Assembly: GCA_001823155.1 (NCBI GenBank)
Contig: MHTR01000006.1
Span: 1 to 57,409 of the forward strand
Source of the DNA: Candidatus Wildermuthbacteria bacterium RIFCSPHIGHO2_01_FULL_48_25
GTDB taxonomy: Bacteria > Patescibacteriota > Minisyncoccia > Minisyncoccales > UBA10102
Length of the DNA stretch: 57,409 bases
Direction of reading: 5' to 3'
The translations under genes and the position numbers were made by a program. The notes under the pieces were generated by a model. The model did no database searches and was not told where the DNA came from. It saw only the letters and a program-made list of their open reading frames with translations. Positions 7,555 to 14,848 of the stretch are shown here, in pieces. Position 1 is the stretch's first letter; every line of letters starts with the position of its first letter.

Positions 7555-9288
7555 TCATTCCTCTGTTGCTCTCACCACTTCTTCAACAGTGGTGATGCCG
7601 TCGAGTACCTTTAAGATACCATCCTGGCGCAAAGTCGTCATCCCCTGGCGTTTCGCCTCGTCAAAGATCTTCTTCTCAGACGGGTCTTGGAGCACTATTC
7701 GTTCAAGTTCGTCTGTCATAGACAATATTTCAAACAGGGCAACGCGGTCTTTGAATCCATTGCTCCCGCACGACTTGCAGCCCCGCGCGGCAAAGATCTG
7801 AAAGTCTTTTTGCAAAATCAAGGGTTCCGCGTACTTCTTTGCATCTAAAGGAAGAGCCTCAACTTCTTTCTTGAGCATTTCGAAAACGGCCTTTGTGGGT
7901 TTTTCCTTTTCCTTGCACTCGTCGCACAGTTTTCGAATGAGGCGCTGGGCAACGGCAATGCTCAAGGTGGAAGGAATGAGGTACCTATCGATTCCCATGT
8001 CTATCAACCGCGGAATAACGCCAGTTGCGTTATTCGTGTGCAGAGTGGAAAGCACAATATGCCCGGTTAAGGCAGCATGAATAACCAAAGAAGCTGTTTC
8101 TTTGTCGCGCACCTCTCCCACCATGATGACATTGGGGTCTTGGCGCAAAATCTGGCGAAGCCCAGAAGCGAAATCATACCCAATTTCAGGCCTCACCTGC
8201 GATTGGTTGATCCCTTCAACCAGATACTCCACCGGGTCTTCAATAGAAACAATATTCACTCCTTCCTGGTTCAGGATCTGCAAAATAGCGTACAAGGTGG
8301 TGGTTTTGCCCGAACCCGTGGGACCGGTGGAAAGCACCAAACCATACGGTTTTTTGATCGCTGCTTTTACTTTTGCGAGGTTTGAGCCAGATAACCCAAG
8401 GTCTTCGAATTTCTTTAATCCTTTGGAAGGGTCTAACACGCGAATAGCCACCTTTTCTCCCAAAGCGGTGGGGAACGTGGACACGCGAAAGTCTATATTC
8501 ACCCCTTCAATGGGAGCCGAGAACCTTCCGTCTTGCGGCACCCTCGTTTCGTCAATCCTCATATTCGACAAAATCTTCACGCGAGAGAGAATCGCTTCTT
8601 GTACTTTCTTTGGCAGGAACAGGGAAGCGTGGAGCTCTCCTAAAAACCTGAACCTCACGCGTACCTGGTCTTTGGTGGGCTCAACGTGAATGTCTGAAGC
8701 GCCTCCCTCAACCGCGGTTCGCAAAATAACTGCCACCATTTTGGTAATGGGAGCTTCTTCCACAATGCGCGACAAAGCCCTGCTTTTTACCTCGCCTTCT
8801 TCGCCCAGCTTGTCATGCACTTCTTTTTGCAGAGCTTCCAGGGCTTCTGTCATCTCGCCTTTCAAGTTCCGGTACTGGCGCAGCAGAGCCTCGAAAGTGG
8901 AGAGGGAGATCAAGGAAACCGTGTAGGTGAAGTTTCCCTGTCGCGCCAAAAACTTCAAAGCGTCTTTGGCTGCCGCATCTTCGGGAGACACCATGCCGAT
9001 TTCCAAGGTTTTGTTTTGCTGGCCCAAGGGAATCATTCTGTAGTACTTTGCCGAATCCTCGGGAATGAGCTCCAAGACGCGCAAAGGGATCTCTTCAGCA
9101 GCTATCTTTTTTAAAGGAACCTTCAAAGCTTCGCTCTTCAAAGAAAAAAGCGTCTCTTCGTCAACGAGCTTTTGCGAGAGCAAAGCTTCTTCTATTGAAA
9201 CGCCAGAAGCTGCCGCGCTTGAGGCCAACTCTTTTGCCTTTGCTTGGTCAAGGATTCCTTTTTGAATGAGAAGCTGGAGTACGTCCAT
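7555..9288 (-). CDS. pilB: type IV pilus assembly ATPase PilB (GspE family)
   Basis: 577 aa. N-terminal GspE_N-like domain, Walker A GPTGSGKTT, and a CxxC...CxxC tetracysteine motif (CDECK..CKSCG). Confidence 0.92.
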   Translation of the reverse strand: MDVLQLLIQKGILDQAKAKELASSAAASGVSIEEALLSQKLVDEETLFSLKSEALKVPLKKIAAEEIPLRVLELIPEDSAKYYRMIPLGQQNKTLEIGMVSPEDAAAKDALKFLARQGNFTYTVSLISLSTFEALLRQYRNLKGEMTEALEALQKEVHDKLGEEGEVKSRALSRIVEEAPITKMVAVILRTAVEGGASDIHVEPTKDQVRVRFRFLGELHASLFLPKKVQEAILSRVKILSNMRIDETRVPQDGRFSAPIEGVNIDFRVSTFPTALGEKVAIRVLDPSKGLKKFEDLGLSGSNLAKVKAAIKKPYGLVLSTGPTGSGKTTTLYAILQILNQEGVNIVSIEDPVEYLVEGINQSQVRPEIGYDFASGLRQILRQDPNVIMVGEVRDKETASLVIHAALTGHIVLSTLHTNNATGVIPRLIDMGIDRYLIPSTLSIAVAQRLIRKLCDECKEKEKPTKAVFEMLKKEVEALPLDAKKYAEPLILQKDFQIFAARGCKSCGSNGFKDRVALFEILSMTDELERIVLQDPSEKKIFDEAKRQGMTTLRQDGILKVLDGITTVEEVVRATEE

Positions 9289-9411
9289 CCCGTTAGAAGC
9301 AGATCGCGATCAGCGCCAATCCGCAAACATTATTTATTTTCATGATCTTGTATCATTGATTTATGCATTGGACTTATCTCGTGAGCGATCGCGGCTTCTA
9401 ACGGGATCCAT
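9289..9411 (-). mobile_element. MITE-like copy C of the CCCGTTAGA element
   Basis: Sense strand: ATGGA-T-CCCGTTAGAAGC...GCTTCTAACGGG-ATGGA(CGTA = pilB start). 12-nt perfect termini with an imperfect extension (GCGATCGC blocks). Confidence 0.7.
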
Positions 9412-9415
9412 GAAG

Positions 9416-9709
9416 TTAGAGAGGCAGGAACGGGTTCTGCCTTCCCAGGTTTTGGGGAATTGCGGGTTCTGCCACAGGCTCGCTGAACTTTTCAAAGGGG
9501 TTGCTCTTCAGGAATTCAAAATCAATGTCAACGCTCCTGGTTCCCGAAGGCGCCAAAGACGAAGCCGGAGCTTCGGGAAGGGGCTTGAAAAGACCCTGGT
9601 ACAAGACGAACGCCGTGACTCCAAGCACTCCGAACAGCAACAGAGCAAGCAAGCGCTGCATTTGGCGCTGCTGCACTAAAGTTTTTGGTTTGGGAATGGA
9701 AAATGCCAT
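9416..9709 (-). CDS. small single-pass membrane protein after pilO (possible PilP-like component)
   Basis: Track ORF 9416-9778 overlaps pilO, so I start at the internal ATG 9709 (MAFSIPKPK...), just after the pilO stop (9714). One TM segment (LLALLLFGVLGVTAFVLY). A protein of similar size and topology follows pilO in cluster 2. Confidence 0.5.
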   Translation of the reverse strand: MAFSIPKPKTLVQQRQMQRLLALLLFGVLGVTAFVLYQGLFKPLPEAPASSLAPSGTRSVDIDFEFLKSNPFEKFSEPVAEPAIPQNLGRQNPFLPL

Positions 9710-9713
9710 ATAG

Positions 9714-10220
9714 TTACAACGAGTAGGCTGAAATATGGATATGGAACTCAAAGCGTGTTCCTTCCCGCGGGGTTGCAAACTCCAGGGATGTCACGTTCAT
9801 GGCGCGGCTCGACTGCTGAACCCGTCGCAAGAACTCTTTTAAGCCCTCGTAAGCGCCGTCGGCAGTCACGTTCACCTCAACCTCTTTGGGCGAGGAATCC
9901 TCGGCAACGTTCGACGATACCGCGGTTACGATAAGCCCTGAAGAAGCCGCGATGTCCTGCAAGGTGTCATACAGAGAAGGAAGGTTAGGAGCAGAAGGAA
10001 ACGCAGAGTCAAGATGTGAAAGCTCGGTTGGATACTGCTGGAGCTCTTTTTCCAAAGAACCGAGTTTCGCGAAATATGCTTCGCGGTTCTGCGTTTCGGT
10101 TTCAGCCGCGTTCAACGCGTTTCTTGCCAGAGAAAACTCCTGGTACGCGGGCCACGTCCAGAGCAAAAGCACGATCACGGCGAGAGCGAATATTCCAATG
10201 ACGACAAATGGGGACTTCAT
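9714..10220 (-). CDS. pilO: type IV pilus alignment protein PilO-like
   Basis: 168 aa. N-terminal TM, then coiled coil, then a ferredoxin-like C-terminal domain. Follows pilM-pilN. Confidence 0.6.
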   Translation of the reverse strand: MKSPFVVIGIFALAVIVLLLWTWPAYQEFSLARNALNAAETETQNREAYFAKLGSLEKELQQYPTELSHLDSAFPSAPNLPSLYDTLQDIAASSGLIVTAVSSNVAEDSSPKEVEVNVTADGAYEGLKEFLRRVQQSSRAMNVTSLEFATPREGTRFEFHIHISAYSL

Positions 10221-10726
10221 GGGGCGAATGTAAGTTCCATAGTAAAAAGCACCTGGCCTTTTGAAAGGGAAACATCAGTGAGCTTCACGTTGCGCAGTTC
10301 TTGCTGGCCTTCAAAGCTCGCTATCTGCTCGCCCAAACTTCCAAAGTCAGTGCTTTGGCCGCTCAGCACCATGCGGTTCTCTTGAACGTTCAACCGCGCG
10401 TCGTTAAAAAACACCGAGGGGTGCGTTCTTGCTTCCAGGAACGCGAAAAAGGGAAGGGTGTCATCCTGGGACTTCAGAAAGGAAGAAAAATACTCAATTC
10501 GCTTTTGGTAACCCAACACGCTCCTTTCTAGTTCCCGCTCTTGGCTGGTTTTTCCTCCCAAGAGCACGGTGTTCAGTTCGGCAGTACTTTGTTCAGTGTT
10601 TCCCTTGAGCACCTGAAACAATACAAACAGTCCGGCCGACAACACTAAAAGGGAAATACCCGTATACAAAACAGTGTTCTTTGTGAAAAACGACTCGGAC
10701 TGTGTTTTGGGAATGAGGTCTTGCAT
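10217..10726 (-). CDS. pilN: type IV pilus alignment protein PilN-like
   Basis: 169 aa. Short cytoplasmic N-terminus and one TM segment. Position immediately after pilM. Confidence 0.6.
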   Translation of the reverse strand: MQDLIPKTQSESFFTKNTVLYTGISLLVLSAGLFVLFQVLKGNTEQSTAELNTVLLGGKTSQERELERSVLGYQKRIEYFSSFLKSQDDTLPFFAFLEARTHPSVFFNDARLNVQENRMVLSGQSTDFGSLGEQIASFEGQQELRNVKLTDVSLSKGQVLFTMELTFAP

Positions 10727-10728
10727 AT

Positions 10729-11799
10729 TTATTGAAGTCCCCGGAGCGCGGCTCCCACTGCCACCGCGTGTGAAGGGCCAAGATTCTTAAGCGTTTGCTC
10801 GAGCACAGGAGGGTAATACAAGTTTTCAAAAGGGTTGGCGATACTCGTGGGTTTTTTCACGGTTGTTTCCACATACTCTCGCAATCCAGGGAGCAAAGCG
10901 GTTCCGCCTGCCAGAATGATCTTCTCGACCTCTTTCCCTCCCTGCTGTTGGAATTCTTTTGAAACCCGCTCGAGCTCCGAAAGAAGAATGTCTACCATGG
11001 GAGAAAGGATAAGGGCAAGGTTCTTGTCTGTCATGCCTTTTTCAAACTTGTAGCGTTCCGCCATTTTGGCGTCAACAGACAGGGATTTTGCAATGCGGTC
11101 GGTCAAACTGTTTCCCGCCACGTCCACGCTGTGGGAAACCCGCAAGGTGCGCTTTGCAATAATGTTCACGGTGGTGCTCTGCGCGCCAATGTCTAGGAGC
11201 GCAAGAGAACTCTTGTCTTCCTCGTTTACGCACGAGCGCATGATACAGAACACCTCTGCTTCCAATCCCGAAAGCGTCAGCCCCGCGAGATTCGCGATTT
11301 CCTGGTACTGGTTCACGATCTCCTTGGGAACCGCCACCATCAAAATTTTCAAAGGGGTCTTTTGCTCAAAGGTTCCTTCCAAGAGCTGCCAGTCGAACGT
11401 CACCTCGGAAAGCGGAAGGGGAACGTGCCTTCTTGCTTCAAACGCCACGGCTTCTGGCAATTCCTCTTTGGTCATAGGCGGAAGCTCGAAATGCGTGAAG
11501 AAGCTGGAGAAATCGGGGAGTGAAAAAAGCGCGTCTTTAGTCTGGATTTTTGCTTCCTGCAGAATTGCCTTGAGCACCCGCGCGATATCCTGCTTTGAAA
11601 GCACCAGGGTGTTCCGCTCAAAGGTGCGGAAGGGTTTGTCGTACAATGCGGAACTCTGAAGCTCCGCGTAATTCTTCAAACTCTTCCTGCCTCCCCAGCG
11701 CTTCACCTCGGCTATCTTCACGGCAGATGTTCCAATGTCAACCCCAAGAAAACTCTTGGGCAATACTGTGAATGAACGAAAAGGTAAGGGTAGTTTCAT
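10729..11799 (-). CDS. pilM: type IV pilus assembly protein PilM (actin-like ATPase fold)
   Basis: 356 aa. LGVDIGTSAVKIAE, LLDIGAQSTTVNI and ILAGGTALLPGL motifs of the PilM/FtsA-like family. Confidence 0.85.
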   Translation of the reverse strand: MKLPLPFRSFTVLPKSFLGVDIGTSAVKIAEVKRWGGRKSLKNYAELQSSALYDKPFRTFERNTLVLSKQDIARVLKAILQEAKIQTKDALFSLPDFSSFFTHFELPPMTKEELPEAVAFEARRHVPLPLSEVTFDWQLLEGTFEQKTPLKILMVAVPKEIVNQYQEIANLAGLTLSGLEAEVFCIMRSCVNEEDKSSLALLDIGAQSTTVNIIAKRTLRVSHSVDVAGNSLTDRIAKSLSVDAKMAERYKFEKGMTDKNLALILSPMVDILLSELERVSKEFQQQGGKEVEKIILAGGTALLPGLREYVETTVKKPTSIANPFENLYYPPVLEQTLKNLGPSHAVAVGAALRGLQ

Positions 11800-11887
11800 C
11801 CCGTTAGAGATAGGAAACGCTTCGCAACGTTTCCGTCATTCGTTGGTAAACTATAAAACCTTTTGTGAAATCTCTAACGGGATTCAT
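11800..11887 (-). mobile_element. MITE-like copy D (internal-deletion derivative of copy A)
   Basis: Sense strand: ATGAA-T-CCCGTTAGAGAT...GGAAACGTTGCGAAGCGTTTCCTATCTCTAACGGG-ATGAA(ACTA = pilM start). The 24 nt next to pilM (cccgttagagataggaaacgcttc on the plus strand) are identical to the pilC-proximal end of copy A. Confidence 0.8.
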
Positions 11888-11927
11888 GTAGTATATCAAG
11901 AAAGCTGCGCAAGTGCCACAGTTGTAT

Positions 11928-11936
11928 ATTGTACCA
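11928..11936 (-). promoter_or_regulatory. candidate extended -10 promoter of pilus operon 1
   Basis: The minus strand reads TGgTACAAT about 40 nt upstream of copy D. No good -35. It lies between the tRNA-Ser gene and the first operon element. Confidence 0.3.
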
Positions 11937-11964
11937 CACCAAAAACCAAAGAGAAAAGAAAAAG

Positions 11965-12051
11965 CGGCGGGGGTGAGATTCGAACTCACGAAGGACTTGC
12001 ATCCTTAATGGTTTTCAAGACCATCCGGATAAACCGCTCCCGCACCCCGCC
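11965..12051 (-). tRNA. tRNA-Ser(UGA)
   Basis: Hand fold: acceptor GGCGGGG/CCCCGCC, anticodon stem ATGGT/ACCAT with loop CTTGAAA, long variable arm, T-loop TTCGAAT. Confidence 0.85.
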
Positions 12052-12064
12052 CTGAGCATAAATG

Positions 12065-12151
12065 CGGAGAGGGTGGGATTCGAACCCACGAAGGGTATTA
12101 CCCCTTAACACATTAGCAGCGTGCCGCTTTCGGCCACTCAGCCACCTCTCC
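12065..12151 (-). tRNA. tRNA-Ser(GCU)
   Basis: Acceptor GGAGAGG/CCTCTCC, anticodon loop CTGCTAA, long variable arm (AGGGGTAATACCCT), T-loop TTCGAAT. Confidence 0.85.
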
Positions 12152-12244
12152 TTAAACACCCATAGTGTACCTGAATTTTTAGGGGAAATCAACTTGCCTA
12201 TTCGCTTTTCGTTTGATATCCTGACAAAAGAAAGAGAGGTCAAG

Positions 12245-12487
12245 ATGAGATACATGGTAACGATCTGCACGAAATGCAGTTCCGGCCACCGTCTCTCTGA
12301 GCCTTGCGCATTAGCAAAGACGAGAAAGGACACGTTTAGGCACAAGGTACAGTTTCACGTGTGCGCAGCCGAAGACTGTCCCGGCCCTTTCGAACATGAG
12401 CACGCCCTCCAAAGGGCGGAACAGAACCGAAAACGCGTCATGAGAATGGTCAAATTCGCTCCTTCGGTAGAGGATCTTCGAATCTAG
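12245..12487 (+). CDS. small Cys-rich (zinc-ribbon-like) protein
   Basis: 80 aa from the internal ATG of track ORF 12062-12487; the upstream part of that ORF is antisense to tRNA-Ser. GAGAGG lies 6 nt upstream of the ATG. CTKC...C...HVCAAEDC cysteine pattern, and a terminator follows. Confidence 0.45.
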   Translation: MRYMVTICTKCSSGHRLSEPCALAKTRKDTFRHKVQFHVCAAEDCPGPFEHEHALQRAEQNRKRVMRMVKFAPSVEDLRI

Positions 12488-12493
12488 AGTGCA

Positions 12494-12530
12494 AAGGCCC
12501 GCACCGCGCCTCAAAGCGGTGCCTTTTTAT
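12494..12530 (+). terminator. rho-independent terminator
   Basis: GCACCGC-gcctcaaa-GCGGTGC followed by CTTTTTAT. Confidence 0.7.
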
Positions 12531-12532
12531 GC

Positions 12533-12560
12533 TTGAATTTTCCCTTAAAAAAGGTATATT
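12533..12560 (+). promoter_or_regulatory. sigma70-like promoter driving tRNA-Arg and recG
   Basis: TTGAAT (12533-12538), 16-nt spacer, TATATT (12555-12560). The tRNA starts about 10 nt downstream. Confidence 0.55.
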
Positions 12561-12569
12561 GAAAAACAT

Positions 12570-12641
12570 GCGCCCGTAGTTCAACGGACAGAATGAGGGA
12601 TTGCGGATCCCTTGATAGAGGTTCGATTCCTCTCGGGCGCA
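12570..12641 (+). tRNA. tRNA-Arg(GCG)
   Basis: Acceptor GCGCCCG/CGGGCGC, D stem GTTC/GAAT, anticodon stem AGGGA/TCCCT with loop TTGCGGA, T arm AGAGG-TTCGATT-CCTCT. 72 nt. Confidence 0.85.
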
Positions 12642-12644
12642 CAC

Positions 12645-14738
12645 ATGAATCTTGCTACCCTTCTTTCACAAGTCCCCCGAGTTGGCCCTGTCTACCAAAA
12701 ACGGTTGAAGAATCTCAGAATCACGAGTGTGCGTGACCTCCTTTTTTATTTCCCCCGCGGCTATGAGGATTTTTCGAACATAACTCCCATTGTGAACCTC
12801 AAGGAAGGAATGAGTTTTTGCGTTCGAGGAAAGCTTTTAGAAATACAGGAAGCAAGAACGTTCAGAAAGCGAATGTCTCTTACCACGGGCCTTGTTGAAG
12901 ACAAAACAGGAGCAGTTCGCATTTTATGGTTCAACCAACCCTATCTTGTCACGTCTTTAAAACAGGGCGACGAAGTGTATCTTGCGGGAAAAGTGGTACG
13001 CGACAAGCAAGGCATTTTCCTTGGGAATCCTGTGCAGGAAAAAGCGCAGAACTCAACCTTTGAACTCACTCATCTCGGACGAATTGTGCCTGTGTACGCG
13101 GAAACCTCAGGAGTTTCTTCGAGATGGCTCCGTTCTATTATTAAATCAGTGCTTGTTCAGCTTGAGGGCATTTTAGAAACCCTTCCTCAAGAGATCCTCA
13201 AGGGAAAGAACTTTCCTGCTCCCCAAAAAGCGCTTTGGCAGATACACTTCCCAGATTCCATAAAAGAAGCCGAGAACAGCCGGAACCGGTTTGCGTTTGA
13301 AGAGCTCTTCCATATCCTTTTGTTCATTCTTTCTGAGCGAAAGAAAATAGCTTCCATTAAAGCTCCTCCCATTCCCTTGGACACTGCCGTAATGTCGCGT
13401 TTCACCAAAAAGCTTTCCTTTCAGTTGACTGACAGCCAGAAAAAAGCTGCATGGCAGGTGCTCAAAGACCTGGAACAGCCGCGCCCCATGAACAGACTGC
13501 TTGAAGGCGACGTGGGTTCGGGAAAAACCGTGGTTGCCGCAATGGCCGCCTTGTCGGTCGCAAAAGCAGGGTACCAAACCGTGTTCATGGCTCCAACGGA
13601 AATACTTTCTCAGCAGCACTTCAAGAGTGTGGGCGCGTTGTTAAGCCCATTCAAGTTAACCGTGGGATTGCTTACCGGAAGTTCAGATCGCTTCATTTCC
13701 CCCAAGCTTCCCAATGACTCCATTGAGGTTTCAAGAACCAAATTGTTGAAAATGGCGCTGGAAGGAAAAGTGAACCTTATCATCGGGACGCACGCGTTAA
13801 TACAGGAAAAGGTGCGGTTCGGAAATCTGGGCCTCGTCATTATTGATGAGCAACACAGGTTCGGCATTAAACAGAGGGCAAAGCTCTTGCACCGCTCAAC
13901 CCTTATTCCCCACTTACTCTCGTTGACCGCAACCCCCATACCCAGAACCCTGGCGCTCACCGTGTATGGAGACCTCGACCTCTCTTTGATCGCAGAACTT
14001 CCAAAGGGAAGAAAAGAGATTATTACAAAAGTTGTTGCTCCTGAAGAACGGAAACAAACCTATTCATTCATCGCAAAAGAAGTGAAAGCAGGAAGACAAG
14101 TGTTTGTCATTTGCCCTCGCATTGAGAAAACAGAAGAGAGCGGAGCGCTTGAGATGAAAACCGTGAAAGAGGAACACGAAAAGCTTTCCAAGGAGATATT
14201 CCCCAAACTGAACGTAGGCATGCTCCACGGGAAAATGCCCAAAACCGAAAAGGAAGAAGTCATGAGGAAGTTTAGAATGGGGAAAATACACATTCTGGTT
14301 TCCACCTCGGTGGTGGAGGTTGGGGTAGATATCCCCAATGCCTCGGTCATGCTCATTGAGGGGGCCGAGCGTTTTGGCCTGGCCCAGCTCCACCAGTTCC
14401 GAGGCAGAGTGGGAAGAGCAGAACACCAATCATACTGTTTTCTGCTTACCGAAAGTTCGAGTTCGGGCATTCTTTCACGACTGCGCGCGCTTTCGAGCGC
14501 CAAGAACGGATTTGAGCTTGCCGAACTCGACTTAAAACTGCGGGGCGTTGGGAGTTTTACCGGGACCAAACAATGGGGAGTTCCGGATTTTGCCATGACG
14601 CAGTTAACCAACCTCAAACTGGTGGAAGAGGCACGGGAAGCCGCAAAGAACCTCCTGGAAAAAGACATTGCGTTAAAAAAATATCCCTTGCTCAAAGCAC
14701 GGGTGCAAGAACTCCGCTCCAACCTCCACCTCGAGTAG
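12645..14738 (+). CDS. recG: ATP-dependent DNA helicase RecG
   Basis: The track ORF starts at 12612, inside the tRNA, so I use the in-frame ATG 12645 (MNLATLLSQ...). OB wedge domain, GDVGSGKT, DEQHRFG and QLHQFRGRVGR helicase motifs. Confidence 0.9.
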   Translation: MNLATLLSQVPRVGPVYQKRLKNLRITSVRDLLFYFPRGYEDFSNITPIVNLKEGMSFCVRGKLLEIQEARTFRKRMSLTTGLVEDKTGAVRILWFNQPYLVTSLKQGDEVYLAGKVVRDKQGIFLGNPVQEKAQNSTFELTHLGRIVPVYAETSGVSSRWLRSIIKSVLVQLEGILETLPQEILKGKNFPAPQKALWQIHFPDSIKEAENSRNRFAFEELFHILLFILSERKKIASIKAPPIPLDTAVMSRFTKKLSFQLTDSQKKAAWQVLKDLEQPRPMNRLLEGDVGSGKTVVAAMAALSVAKAGYQTVFMAPTEILSQQHFKSVGALLSPFKLTVGLLTGSSDRFISPKLPNDSIEVSRTKLLKMALEGKVNLIIGTHALIQEKVRFGNLGLVIIDEQHRFGIKQRAKLLHRSTLIPHLLSLTATPIPRTLALTVYGDLDLSLIAELPKGRKEIITKVVAPEERKQTYSFIAKEVKAGRQVFVICPRIEKTEESGALEMKTVKEEHEKLSKEIFPKLNVGMLHGKMPKTEKEEVMRKFRMGKIHILVSTSVVEVGVDIPNASVMLIEGAERFGLAQLHQFRGRVGRAEHQSYCFLLTESSSSGILSRLRALSSAKNGFELAELDLKLRGVGSFTGTKQWGVPDFAMTQLTNLKLVEEAREAAKNLLEKDIALKKYPLLKARVQELRSNLHLE

Positions 14739-14748
14739 CTCGTATTCC

Positions 14749-14848
14749 TAGGTTGAGCCTAGGTGTGGATAACTAGGCCGGGCCTAGTTTAAATAGAAGG
14801 CGCCCTTGTATGGGCGCTCTATATAATCCACACACTAGGCTCAACCTA
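14749..14848. repeat. nested palindrome (three hairpins) between convergent recG and GT2 genes; likely bidirectional terminator
   Basis: Outer arms TAGGTTGAGCCTAGGTGTGGAT (14749-14770) and ATCCACACACTAGGCTCAACCTA (14826-14848). Inner hairpin AACTAGGCCGGGCCTAGTT (14771-14789) is a covarying relative of the AACTTGGCC..GGCCAAGTT repeat. A second inner hairpin is GCGCCC-ttgtat-GGGCGC. Confidence 0.7.

Noticed and set aside
11890-11912. TTGCGC / TATACT promoter pair just upstream of copy D
   Set aside because: The spacer is only 11 nt, which is incompatible with sigma70 geometry. The extended -10 at 11928-11936 is the better, though still weak, candidate.
12062-12244. N-terminal parts of track ORFs that run through tRNA genes (12062-12487, 12612-, 14849-16393, 45445-46410, 46894-47466, 41214-41651)
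   Set aside because: The extensions are translations of tRNA or antisense-tRNA sequence, or they overlap the upstream gene. In-frame internal starts give sensible N-termini, so I trimmed them.
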